A DNA stretch of 64,000 bases from Ascoidea asiatica JCM 7603. Its lineage: Eukaryota > Fungi > Ascomycota. The notes beneath the pieces were generated by a model, which did not search any database, was not told where the DNA came from, and was given only the letters and a program-made list of their open reading frames with translations. Positions within the stretch are counted from its first letter, which is position 1; the number at the start of each line of letters is the position of its first letter. A program made the position numbers and the translations under genes. The DNA lies in the NCBI GenBank assembly GCA_001600695.1, contig BCKQ01000001.1, forward strand, positions 1,510,171 through 1,574,170. The letters are read 5' to 3'. Shown in pieces: positions 12,786 to 24,393 of this stretch.

Positions 12786-14770
12786 ATCTAACAGTCGAGG
12801 AAGAAGAACAAATTCAAATTCAAATTTAAATTCAAAAGCACCAATTTCTACTTCTTTCGATTATCTTGCATCTTTTGCTTCTCCTGAGCTCATCTCAAAT
12901 ACACTTAAAACTTCAAGCTTGTTTTTTTTTTTGCTTTCCTTCTAAACACTCTCACTCAAATTTCTTTCATTCATTAACCGCCGATTCAATCTCACTTCTA
13001 TTTTATTCAATATTCTTAAAAGATAACAATATTAAAAGTAATGGCAAGTAATAAGATAAATATCAATTAAGATACTATAAATAATTTAAATCATTTAAAT
13101 AATATTCTGGCGGTTATTACTATACTCAAATTCAGGTTTTTCAAGTGTTTTAGAAGTATTTGTACTCAGTTTTTCACTTTGTTTCGTTTTCAAATTTGTA
13201 AAATTTTCTTTGTCATTTCTTCTGCATAAATATTTTGGTAGATTTTTTCTTACATTCATGGTTCTTTTCTTTGACATTCCTTTCATTAAAAGAATATCTA
13301 TTTTTCGAATTAAACAATTTTTCTGATTTAGTTTGGCTTTTTTTCAATTTGAGTTATACTTTTTATTATTTGGCATTATAATATTAACTTTCTTTCTTTC
13401 TGTAGATAATTGTTTTAATTCTTTATTACGTGTTTTCAGTCACTTTTTATTAGCCAAGGTAGATTTTTTAGATTTTTCTGGAATATTTATGTTTAACTAA
13501 AGGGATAAAATGATAAAAATGTGCATGACTTATACGAGTTGTAGTTGAAGTTAGAATGGAATAAAAAAGCCAAGATTTAAATTGGAAGAATAGAGAAGTC
13601 TCTTGATTTATTAAATTTGAATATAAAGAGATAATTTTTAAGAAACTTTTGAATAAATGTAAGTTATTTAAATTTAATAGATTTGTAGATAAATGAAACA
13701 ATTCAGGTTTAAATAAAAATCAGAAATTTTTTGAATAATAAAAATTAAATTTCCATTGAATTGAATTATTTATTAAAGAATTTATAAAGCTATAATTAAG
13801 TTCTAAGTTATTAATATTTAAAAATCTAAAGGTCTAAGAAATAAAGTTTTTAATAAAAACATATAAATGATTGAATTAAATTCAAACTTTGATACATATA
13901 ATATGATTGTTCTAAATTGAAATAAATAAAACTTATTAAATATTAAAGGAACATTTAATGAATCATTATTATCTGAAAAATCATGCTGTGATTTAGATTT
14001 CTAAGGCTCATTGAATTAATGAAAATATTTAGAAAACTTTAAAGGAGTTTTAAAATTAGATAAATCAGTCAATAGATCATTATTAAAAATTCCGATAATT
14101 GTTAATAGTTTGATTATGTCATATGAATTAAATTAATTTTATTGTTTTGGGGATTAAAGTTAGGATTATTCAAGAAAGTATTAAATCTAAGTACTATTTG
14201 TTTGTCATTATAATATCTTCTAAAGATAAAATATAACTCATAACTTAAAAAATTTTTAATTGTTAACTTAATTAAAACTAAGTTTAAAGAAAAAATGATT
14301 GAATTTAAAAAATGAAACATCCTTATATATTTTTTATCAGAATAATGAATATCATACCCATTTTTAATTCTTTTTTTATGAAATTTGGACTATTTAGTAT
14401 TACTAAAAATTAGGAAATAATAATCATCATGAGACAAAATTGGATTTTTATTGATTGAAATTAAATTATTAGAAAAAAATTTCTGTATCATTGATTATTA
14501 AATCTTTTATTTTTTTTTAAACTATTGTCTTGATTATTATTTGTCTTGATTAAATTTAGAAAAAAAAGATTCATTTTTTGTTAATAATTTTTCTGTTGTC
14601 GTATTTTTGTAGGTCTTAAAATATTAAAAAATGATCTAGATTATTTAAATCATTATTATTTGAATTGAAATGTTGAGTGGAATCTCTTTTCGATGAAACT
14701 GATAATGAAATTGATATTGAAGTTGAATGTGAACTATGCTGATTGAGAGTAAATTTACTTGTAAATTTGA
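12782..14770 (-). pseudogene. Heavily decayed ORF of unknown family
   Basis: Long stretches of protein-like reading on the minus strand, broken by many in-frame stops and frameshifts. The ORF-track fragments at 13095, 13468 and 14114 lie within it. Ends approximate. Confidence 0.55.
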
Positions 14771-15018
14771 ATCAAAATATATTTTTATGCCTTAGGCACG
14801 TGTAGTTATATAATATTTTGTTTTTTTTACATTACCTTTCTTGTTTTTACGTTACCGGCATTTTTCATTCTTTTAATTATTGGTATTAATTTTGTTATTT
14901 GAAAAACTTCAGAATTTTAGTTCTGTACTTCAAGATTTCAAGCTTTCGAAATATTCGATTTCATAAACACAATTAGTTTGCTGGATTTGTGTTGATTAAC
15001 TAATAAACATCTTTAGAA

Positions 15019-16053
15019 ATGCAGAGATATTTGACCAAAACACCATTAGCTCTTACAAGTTTGGCCAAGGTTTCACCATATGCTACTAGAATTTTAGTAT
15101 ATTCTGGAGGTCAAAATAGAAGATGTTATTCCGTACAAAATCAACCCAAACAAGTTGAAACCAACAAAGTAACAGAAACAAATCGTCTTGAAAAGACTGC
15201 AACAAAATTTTGGGAGAAAGTTTCTATAAAAGAAGAATTAGATTCCAGAACTAATTCTAAAATTATTTTAATTCAATTAGATAATAAGCCTATTAGAACT
15301 CCTATGGGTAATCATTTATTCGTTCCAATATACAAAAAATTATTGGCTCATTTAATAGTAAATGAATGGAAAAGATTGCCAAATTTAAATATAAAGCCAT
15401 TTCAATTACCTTTAACAAGTGTTGTTTCAAGAGGTGTAGATTTATTAACTGCTGAATTGAGTGAAGATGAAGAACTTACTGCAAAACTTGGAACAAGAGA
15501 AGATATAGCTCTAGATTTGTTAAGATATTTGGATACCGATACTTTATTAGTTTTTTCTCCTTATCATGAATTCGAAGGAGCTTTAAGAAAAGAACAAGAA
15601 GAGTTATATAGACCTTTAATCAAAGGAGCAGAGGAATTATTTTCTCAATACTCTGAAACTCCTATAATACTAAACTATTTAGATTCAGAGACTGATGGAA
15701 TTAGAGGAAATAATCAGAGTATAGAAACAAAGAAAGCAGTTCTAGAATATTTGAATTCTCTTTCAATATGGGAATTTGTTGCCTTAGAAAAAGCTGTATT
15801 AGCATCCAAATCATTTTTATGTGGAGTTGCAGTTGTAAGATTGATGAATGCAGAAAGTTCTTTAGCAGGTGTTAAAAAACCATTAAAGAATAGTGTTGTT
15901 TATGATGTTGAAAAAATTGCAAGAGCTTGCACTTTGGAAGTCATACATCAAACTAATAGATGGGGAGAAGTAGAAGATACTCATGATGTTGACAAAGTTG
16001 ATATAAGAAGAAATTTAAGTTCTGCTTCTTTAATTGCCTTTAATCCTTCTTAA
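15019..16053 (+). CDS. ATP12: Mitochondrial F1-ATPase assembly chaperone
   Basis: Mitochondrial presequence, ETNRLEKTATKFWEKV, LRYLDTDTLL, WGEVEDTHDVD. Confidence 0.95.
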   Translation: MQRYLTKTPLALTSLAKVSPYATRILVYSGGQNRRCYSVQNQPKQVETNKVTETNRLEKTATKFWEKVSIKEELDSRTNSKIILIQLDNKPIRTPMGNHLFVPIYKKLLAHLIVNEWKRLPNLNIKPFQLPLTSVVSRGVDLLTAELSEDEELTAKLGTREDIALDLLRYLDTDTLLVFSPYHEFEGALRKEQEELYRPLIKGAEELFSQYSETPIILNYLDSETDGIRGNNQSIETKKAVLEYLNSLSIWEFVALEKAVLASKSFLCGVAVVRLMNAESSLAGVKKPLKNSVVYDVEKIARACTLEVIHQTNRWGEVEDTHDVDKVDIRRNLSSASLIAFNPS

Positions 16054-16557
16054 TCTTTAACTTTTCAAATTTTCTCGTTAAAAACTTGTATATAAATAAA
16101 TTGAAATTAAATAGATAAAAGAACATGAATTTATATCTCAATATTTGGTCTTTATGTATTTTGAAAGTCAAGAAACGTAAATTACTTGAATCAATCTCTT
16201 TTATTCTTGTCAATAATTCAAAATTTATTACTAGTTTTGCTTTAACTGTTGGTAACTTTGTTTTTAAATCCTCACATCCTTAAACTGCAGTAATTGCAGA
16301 CAGAACGTTACCGTTAGGGCTAAAGCATTAAAACATTAAAATAACTAAAATCAGATTATGTAATTAAATATGGAATATGACATAATCGCTTATAAGTAAA
16401 AACTCAGAAAGTTGAAACTTGTCAATTGAAAAGACACCAAGTATCAAAATACTGAAATAGTTTCAATTGAAGAATAATCTTTTGAGGTGTGTATTTGATA
16501 TATTCAAAAAAAATAATTCAAAGCATTTTATAATAAGTTGAAATTATAAATATAAAG

Positions 16558-18192
16558 ATGGTTGTTTTATCGGCTTCAATTTGTTCAAGAGCAGGAAAGC
16601 CTCTTATTTCTCGTCAATTCAGAGATTTAACTAAAGATCGTGTTACTGCTTTATTAGCTGCTTTTCCAGCCCTTTTAAATGAATCAAATTCTCAACATAC
16701 AACTGTTGAAGATGGGATGGTTAGATATGTTTATCAACCTTTAGAAGATTTATATATTGTTTTAATCACAAACAAGCATTCAAATATTATACAAGATATT
16801 GATACTTTACATATATTTGCTGAAACAATTACTTCATTACTCAGAACTATTGATCAAAGAGAAATTTTTGAGAATGCTTTTGAAATTTTAAGTGCCTTTG
16901 ATGAAATAGTTTCTCTTGGATTCAAAGAAAACGTAACAAGTTCTCAAGTTTTATCATTTTTAGAAATGGATTCTCATGAAGAAAAAATTCAAGAAATTAT
17001 TGAGAGAAATAAAGAATTAGAAGCTACTGAAGAACGTAAACGTCGTGCTAAAGAAATTCAAAGAAAAGAAATGGCTCGTCGTGATATGGAATTTTTTCCA
17101 AATTCAAACAATTCTTTTGGTTCTTCTTCTATTCCTCAACCTCAACAACATGTTTATACCACCACCACTACTAGTGTTCCAGATTCTCCAATTGTACCAA
17201 CAAATACTGTATCAAAAGCTAGGATTGCACCAAGAGGTAAAGGTTTACAACTTGGTAAAAAATCTGCACAAAATCAATCTCAAATTATGGAACCTTTACT
17301 TAATCTGGAATCATATGCTCCAGAACCAGAATTATATCAAGATAATACAAATACTTTTGAACCAGAATCACAAAATCAAACTCAAAATCAAGTATTTCAT
17401 GAACCTCAGCCTCCACATATTGAAAATAATGGTATACTAATTATTGTGAATGAAAAAGTTTCTGCACAAATTAATAGAGATGGTTCAATTTTATCATCGG
17501 AAGTAAAAGGTGATTTACAATTACGTATAAATGATGCAGATTTAGCTCATTCGAAAATTTTTGTTAATACTCAAGGAAAAGCAGATGGAATTCAATATAA
17601 AACACATCCAAATGTTGATAGGAATTTATTCAATAAGCAAAATTTAATTACATTAAAAGATTCGAGTAAATCTTTTCCATCTAATGATCAATCTTTAGGT
17701 GTTTTGAGATGGAGAGGTGTTGGTAAAAATGATGATGAGAAATTTCTTCCAATATTATTTACAATTTGGTTAACAGCTTCAACAGTTAAACCTGGATTTT
17801 TTGATGTAACTATTGAATATGAATTAACACCAAATTATTCTAGTGAACCTTTTGAAAAATTTTATATTAATGTTCCAACATTTTCAGATGTTTTCTTAAG
17901 AGGTGATTCAGAGACAGATAATTCATTAACATTTGAATTTGATGAAGATACAGGAGCTGTTTTTATAAAAGAATTATCGTCGGGTGATTCTACCGGTACT
18001 ATTGAATTTTCTGCAGAAGCAAATGAAGAAGATGTATTATTCCCAATGGAAGTTAAATTTTCAATTGAAAATCCAACTGTTACACTAGGAAAAGTTATGG
18101 TTCAAGATGTTGTTAGTATTGATAATGAAGAAGAAAGTTTACCATATGATGTATTTGCAATTACTGCTAGTGATTCTTTTGCTATTGTTTGA
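16558..18192 (+). CDS. RET2: Coatomer delta subunit
   Basis: MVVLSASIC...ISRQF, VRYVYQP, MDSHEEKIQEII, mu-homology domain with QYKTHPNVD. Confidence 0.96.
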   Translation: MVVLSASICSRAGKPLISRQFRDLTKDRVTALLAAFPALLNESNSQHTTVEDGMVRYVYQPLEDLYIVLITNKHSNIIQDIDTLHIFAETITSLLRTIDQREIFENAFEILSAFDEIVSLGFKENVTSSQVLSFLEMDSHEEKIQEIIERNKELEATEERKRRAKEIQRKEMARRDMEFFPNSNNSFGSSSIPQPQQHVYTTTTTSVPDSPIVPTNTVSKARIAPRGKGLQLGKKSAQNQSQIMEPLLNLESYAPEPELYQDNTNTFEPESQNQTQNQVFHEPQPPHIENNGILIIVNEKVSAQINRDGSILSSEVKGDLQLRINDADLAHSKIFVNTQGKADGIQYKTHPNVDRNLFNKQNLITLKDSSKSFPSNDQSLGVLRWRGVGKNDDEKFLPILFTIWLTASTVKPGFFDVTIEYELTPNYSSEPFEKFYINVPTFSDVFLRGDSETDNSLTFEFDEDTGAVFIKELSSGDSTGTIEFSAEANEEDVLFPMEVKFSIENPTVTLGKVMVQDVVSIDNEEESLPYDVFAITASDSFAIV

Positions 18193-18471
18193 ATAAACTG
18201 TTATTATTAGTATCATATATAATATTATTTTTCTAAATTTTATAATGTAGAATTTACTTTAGTTTGAGATTGATAATTTTTGTCAATCTTTTATCAAATA
18301 TGTAACTTTTTTTTTTTTAACAAACAATATAAGTTTTTTTCATATTTTCTTTCAAAGTTAATAATCATTTAATTTGTATAGTTACTTAGCTAATTATATA
18401 TATATATATATATATATATTGAAACTTTATAAAAGGAGAATATTGAATAGAAAACAGAATTGATTACAAGA

Positions 18472-19527
18472 TTATTTCTTACGTTTGTAAATTTTATTTA
18501 AAAATGCAGTAAGAACTTCACCTTTAAAACCTCTTGATTCATCAATTTTACTAATTTTTAATCTTAAATCATTCGTAATTTTTTCTTCATAATCATAAAA
18601 CATTTTTTCAATATTTAACTCATTAAAAATTTTTTTACAAACTAATTCCATTTCAGAATTTTTTCTACCATAATTATCATCTAATAATTTTCTTTGATCT
18701 TCATTTGCTAATTTTAAAGCAGTATTAATAACCCAAGAACATTTATTATCTAATATATCAGTACCAATTTTACCAATTTGTTCAGGTTTACCAAAACAAT
18801 CTAAGAAATCATCTTGAATTTGAAAATATTCACCTAATGGAATTAAAACATCTTCAGCTTGTTTTAAATCTAAATCATTTGAAATTCCACACATAAACAT
18901 AGCTAAAGCAACAGGTAAATAAAATGAATAATAAGCAGTTTTATAAATAACAATAAATGAATGTTTTTGTAAATTAAATTTTGATAAATCAACATGATCT
19001 TCAGGAGCTGTTATTAAATCTAATAATTGACCTAATTCAGTTTTAAAAGTTACATCATGAAATAATTCAATTAAATTAATATAATAAGAATCATTTCTGA
19101 AATGATTTCTCAAAAGAATATAAATTACAGCTTCTAAAATAAAAGAATCATTAATTGCAATTTCATTAACATTTTCTACTTTATACCAACATGGTTGACC
19201 TCTTCTTGTAATTGATTTATCCATCATATCATCAGCAACTAAGAAATAAGCTTGTAATAATTCAATACACCAACCTAAAATTGCAACTTTTTCATATTCT
19301 TTTTCAGATAAATCATTAATTGAATTATAATTTTTTAAAATTATATAAGTATCAACAACAGATAAACCTCTATTTAATTTACCACCTGGAGTATTATAAT
19401 TTAAATTATTTGTTAACCAATCAATTGCATCTTGTGGAATTTTATAAGAATTTAAAATTGATTGAATTTCTTCAACAATTTTTGGAAATATTGATAAAAA
19501 TTTAGTTCTTGAAGCAGCTTTATCCAT
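18472..19527 (-). CDS. ERG20: Farnesyl pyrophosphate synthase
   Basis: GGKLNRG, LVADDMMD, FQIQDDFLD motifs. First ATG is at 19527 (the track start at 19557 is GTG). Confidence 0.96.
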   Translation of the reverse strand: MDKAASRTKFLSIFPKIVEEIQSILNSYKIPQDAIDWLTNNLNYNTPGGKLNRGLSVVDTYIILKNYNSINDLSEKEYEKVAILGWCIELLQAYFLVADDMMDKSITRRGQPCWYKVENVNEIAINDSFILEAVIYILLRNHFRNDSYYINLIELFHDVTFKTELGQLLDLITAPEDHVDLSKFNLQKHSFIVIYKTAYYSFYLPVALAMFMCGISNDLDLKQAEDVLIPLGEYFQIQDDFLDCFGKPEQIGKIGTDILDNKCSWVINTALKLANEDQRKLLDDNYGRKNSEMELVCKKIFNELNIEKMFYDYEEKITNDLRLKISKIDESRGFKGEVLTAFLNKIYKRKK

Positions 19528-19876
19528 TTTTTTATTTTTTTTTGAAAAATACTTCACGATTTTAATAATAATTTACAAAAGGAATAATGAATTAAGAAAA
19601 GAAAAAAGAATTATGTTAATTATTTTGAGATATACAGTATATAAGTGAATAAATAAATATATTTCTTTATAAATGTTTTCAGAATTGAAAGGAAGCGAAT
19701 ATTCGACTCGATATTGGATATCGATAGCTATTTATCATTTCTTGTGTAAAAGTAGTATAAATTTAGCATAATTTTAGTGTTAGGCTCGCATCTAACGTGG
19801 AGCTTAAACGATCGTACACATCGTTATGAAAAATGCAGTTACCCTGAAGTAACGTTGCAGTGGTAATTTAACCACA

Positions 19877-20625
19877 TTATGAACCAGTATACATGAATTT
19901 GACTATTTTGTTTATCTCAGCATTCTGTAATTGAGCAGAATAAAAGTTATTTTCATTATTGTTTTCATCTTCGGTTTCATCTATGGAATTGATGTTACCA
20001 TTGAATAATTCATTTTCAATTTCTTCTTTCTTTCCAGATTCAATTTCCTTTTGAGTGAAATCACCGAAGAATTTATGGTCTGTGACTTCATTTTTAGCTT
20101 GATCGAAGCACCAATATATTAATTTATCATCGTCATAATTATTATTAATTATGTTATTATTATTATGATTTGAATCATTATTTTGGTTGTTTTGATTATT
20201 TTGATTATTTTGATTATCATTGATATGATTATTTAATTTATCAATTAATAATTCTGAATTTTCAATCCATTCTTCAACTTCAGGTAATGGTTTTTTTCTT
20301 AATAAAGAATTTAATAAACTTTCATATTGAGTACTTGGAAATTTAGGTAATGGATAAACATTTGAATTAATTAAGATATTTGAATTTTTTGATAAAGTTT
20401 TTGAAATTGTAACTAATTGTGTTATTATTATATTATATTGATTTTGAATTGAAGGCCAATCTGGTAATTTTTTTGATCTTAAAATATCATTTTTTAATTT
20501 AACTAATGATGTTGATAATAAAATTAAATTATTTCTTAATTTTTCTAATTGTTCTGTAGGTATTGCAGTAAAATCATATTCATCTTTATTTTTATTTCCA
20601 TTTTCAATTATTTTATTATTTTGAA

Positions 20626-20674
<49 letters not shown>

Positions 20675-20740
20675 AATATTTGGATTATTATTTTGATTAC
20701 TAGAGTTTTGTCTACTGATATACTGTTGCAATAAAGACAT
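19877..20740 (-). CDS. MED8: Mediator subunit Med8 with poly-Asn inserts
   Basis: LPDWPSIQNQY, VYPLPKFP...LLRKKPLPEVEEWI, C-terminal KFMYTG. ATG at 20740 (the track start is TTG). Confidence 0.9.
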
Positions 20741-21253
20741 TTTTTTATGAAAATGGATGGGCAATATCAAAAATAAATTGAGACTGTTCAAATACTTCTC
20801 TTATTAATATATTCTATTAACTTTACTATAAATATGATAATTTTGATAATAATTGTATGTACTCTTTAACTGTTATTTAGTTTAGTTTTTATATTATTAT
20901 TATTGAAAGAGACACGTGCTTTCTTTTCGGTGAAGTATTATTGAAACCAAAAATATGGATGGATTTACAGGACCTTGTTGCTAAAGTTTGTTATTTTGAT
21001 ATTTACTGTAGTTTTGAAATTGAATTTGAAATTGAATTTAGACTGAAGATTAAATTTTTAGTTTTGAATTTAATGAAATTGATTGGAATTAAATAAGTTG
21101 ATATAAAGTTTTTTAAAGAAAAAATTTAGAAACACGTTTAGTAACTTATAACAACCAATAAGGATAGATTAAAATAGAATATGAGTATTAAGTAGGTATT
21201 CTAAGAGTAATTTTTATTACAAATACTAATTTTAATATATCAAATTAAAAAGA

Positions 21254-22427
21254 ATGCCATTTATTAAGAGAAATACACTTCCTGAGTTACATTCAGATGT
21301 TTACATTAGAAGTAATTTAAATCGAAAAAAAGAATTTTCAACTAATGATCTTATTAACAATAAATTACAAGTTAATGATAATGATAATGATAACGAATAT
21401 GAGTCCGATAATGATAGAGATAATGACAAAGATAATGATAATGATAATGAAAGTGATGATACAGTAATAAGAAAAAATCTTAAAAATTCAAATAAACAAT
21501 TTCTGGGTAATAATAAAAGAAGTTTTAGTATTGGGAATGTATTTAATGGAATTCAAGAATCAATGAGTAGAACATTTTCGCAATCAATTATTAATCCACA
21601 ACTGAGTAATGAAATAAATAATGAAATTCAAAGTAAATTTACAAATTCTAGTAAAAATACAAATACAAATACAAATACAAATACAAATACAAATACAAGC
21701 ATAAATAAATTTAAAAACAAAAAAAGAAATAGTACAGGAGATAATTCTGAGATTATAAGTAGTAATAATTTTGAAAATAATAGTAGTATTATTAATGAAG
21801 ATAATAATAAAAATTTAAGATTTAATAATCTGAGAAGTTTTACATTTAATGGGAATGAAAATAAATTTCCATTTAAATTAAAAACTCCAATAAGTACAAT
21901 AAAGTCTAGAAATAATAATAATAATAGTAATTTTGATAATATTATAGAAAATACTGATAATTATAAGAATAATATAATACCGGTGAGTCCAATAACACCT
22001 AAAACACCAGTTACACCAATGGGACAAATTGCAAATTATAATAATTATAATAACAGGAATATTAAAAGAAATAATAATTTGAATAATATAAACAAAAATA
22101 AATTACCAATAAATGATCAAATACCATCATTTAAACCATTAATAAATAATTTAGATTATGAATGGAATAAAATTGATATTATTGAAGATGTTAAAGAAAT
22201 GAGTAAGAATATTATACTGAAAAATTCATTTAATAATAATACTTGTAATAATTCTAATGAAGAGGAAGTGGAAGAAGAAGAAGAAGAGGATGTTAAGAAT
22301 TTAAAAGCTTTAAAATCTAATCAATTTAAATTAATCAATACTATAAATGATTTAAATAAAGAAATTGAATTAAATTATGTTGAACATAATGAAAAATTAT
22401 GGAATGAATATGGTTATCAAGATAATT

Positions 22428-22460
<33 letters not shown>

Positions 22461-22648
22461 ATAGTGTAAATGGTAATGGAAATGGAAATGGAAATGGGAA
22501 TGAACTAGATCCTAAAGAAATCAAAAAATTGAAATTATTATACAATGATGATTATTTTAATAAAGTTTCTAGTTCTATAAATGATATAGAAAATGATTTA
22601 AATAAAATAATCAAAGTAATGAAAAAACTTGAAAATAATCATGATTGA
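21254..22648 (+). CDS. Asn-rich uncharacterised protein; possible YBR197C/YPL077C (DUF5315-like) homolog
   Basis: Mostly low complexity, with a short conserved-looking block (EWNKIDIIEDVKEMSK...LKALKSNQFKLI) and a C-terminal coiled coil. Lies among genes that neighbour YBR197C in S. cerevisiae. The CDS is solid; the family is tentative. Confidence 0.6.
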
Positions 22649-23136
22649 TAAATAATTTTAATACAATATTTTGAATATAATCTTTTATTATTTCTACTGT
22701 ATTTTATATTTTTACATTGGGTACCCACAAATTCGGCGACGATAATGCACATGTTTTATTTTTAATATTAACCATTAACGTTAGAAGTTAAATTGAATTT
22801 AGTTAATATCTGATTGAAATAATTGTTCAAAAAAAAATTATATAAAAACCATTGTCACGGTTCAAATTGATTTTATATTAGCCACAAAATAAAGATATGT
22901 AATAAAACGCCTTGGTACGACTAATTGCAGAAAAAACGCGTTTTTTTCAAGCAGATTAAATTTGTCAGATCAACATTCAATTTTTTGCCGAGCTGGCTTA
23001 AGCTGATTTGAGTTAAATTGTGAGAAAAAAAACAAATTTTGGTGAAATGACACAAACACGAAAAAATCAAAAAGGAAGTGAAATTGCAAGGGGATCAATC
23101 GTAAGGGAAGTTAAGGAGAAACAAAAACAGGAGAAT

Positions 23137-23190
23137 CACAAGCAACACAAGCAACACAAGCAACACAAGCAACACAAGCAACACAAGCAG
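23137..23190. repeat. (CACAAGCAA)x6 tandem repeat
   Basis: Direct reading; the last copy is CACAAGCAG. Confidence 0.95.
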
Positions 23191-23380
23191 GTGTTTGCAC
23201 GGTTTGTGAGTCGAGATGGGCTTGAGAATATTCAATCCAGCCATTGAGACAAGGAAGAACTGTGATTCTCTTGTGATTCTCTTTTGTTTTGTGTGTGTGG
23301 ATTCCATGAGTTTACCTCTTTGGCGCAAGACTGATTCAGATTCGACAGCGTCAAAGATCGAGCAGCAGAAACTTCGTTCG

Positions 23381-23422
23381 AGAGTCATGCTCAGAGTCCT
23401 TCTCAGAGTTCTTCTCAGAGTC
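23381..23422. repeat. Degenerate 12-bp tandem repeat (AGAGTCCTTCTC), ~3.5 copies
   Basis: agagtcatgctc agagtccttctc agagttcttctc agagtc. Confidence 0.85.
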
Positions 23423-24393
23423 AGAGACTGCTCGTGGTTTGGGATGAGAAGCAGCGATGTCTGGGATTGATCTCGACAAAGTCCACTTGCTTCACCCACT
23501 TCGCATACTTTGGTGATTGTGGTGATTTGAATCGAATTAAAGTCAATTTTGGTTCCTTCAATTTCATTTCATTTCATTTCATTTAATTTAATCTAATTTA
23601 ATTTCATTTCCCATTTCAGAATCCACTTTTGTTTCCGGTTTGGGAACTTACAGTTTTTTGTTTTTGATTTTGCGTTTTTTTATCATTTTTGGGTCCACTT
23701 TCTTTTCTTGTTGTGGCAGATATAAATCATTAGGGAAATAATTAAAGTACTGGGAATAGTTAATATTGTCAAGCAGTGAGCCGTTGCAGTGAACAATTTC
23801 CTCTGATACGTAGCGCAGTGAGCGAGCAGTGGGATAAATTTAAATTTATAAGTGTCTAACTTTATACCGCCATACTGAACTGTAATCAAAACAGTCCAAA
23901 AAAACCAACTGAAGAAAGAAAGGTGTGAAAAATTAAAGATTATCAAAGAAGAAGATAGTAGAAAAAAGATAAATAATAAATAATAAAAGAAGGTAGCGAA
24001 CGCTAATCAAGATTAAAATACTTTAAAAGAATAATCAAAAACAACTCCACTCAAACAAGTCGAAGGTTTATCACTTTTTTATTAGTCTCACTTTCACTAT
24101 TTGCTAAAACATTGCTAATTCATTTTCATTTCTGCTATATTTTACTTTTTTATTTTTTATCTTCTTTTCATCTTTCATTTTAATTTTTTTTTATTTTTTT
24201 GATTTTGTTTCCTATATCATCAATTCAAATCATTCAATTCATAAGAAATTTTGCAATTGATTTCATTCACTAGATTTATTTCTCTTCAATTCCTTTTTTA
24301 TTCATTTATCTCTTACCAATTATCTATTATCAATTATCAATTATCAATTATCAATTATAATCTGTATCAATAACTATATTTTTTATTTTAATA

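Noticed and set aside
23020-23499. Short overlapping ORFs (75, 134 and 84 aa) in the GC island
   Set aside because: No convincing ATG starts for most, repeat-derived peptides, atypical codon usage; expected by chance in GC-richer DNA.
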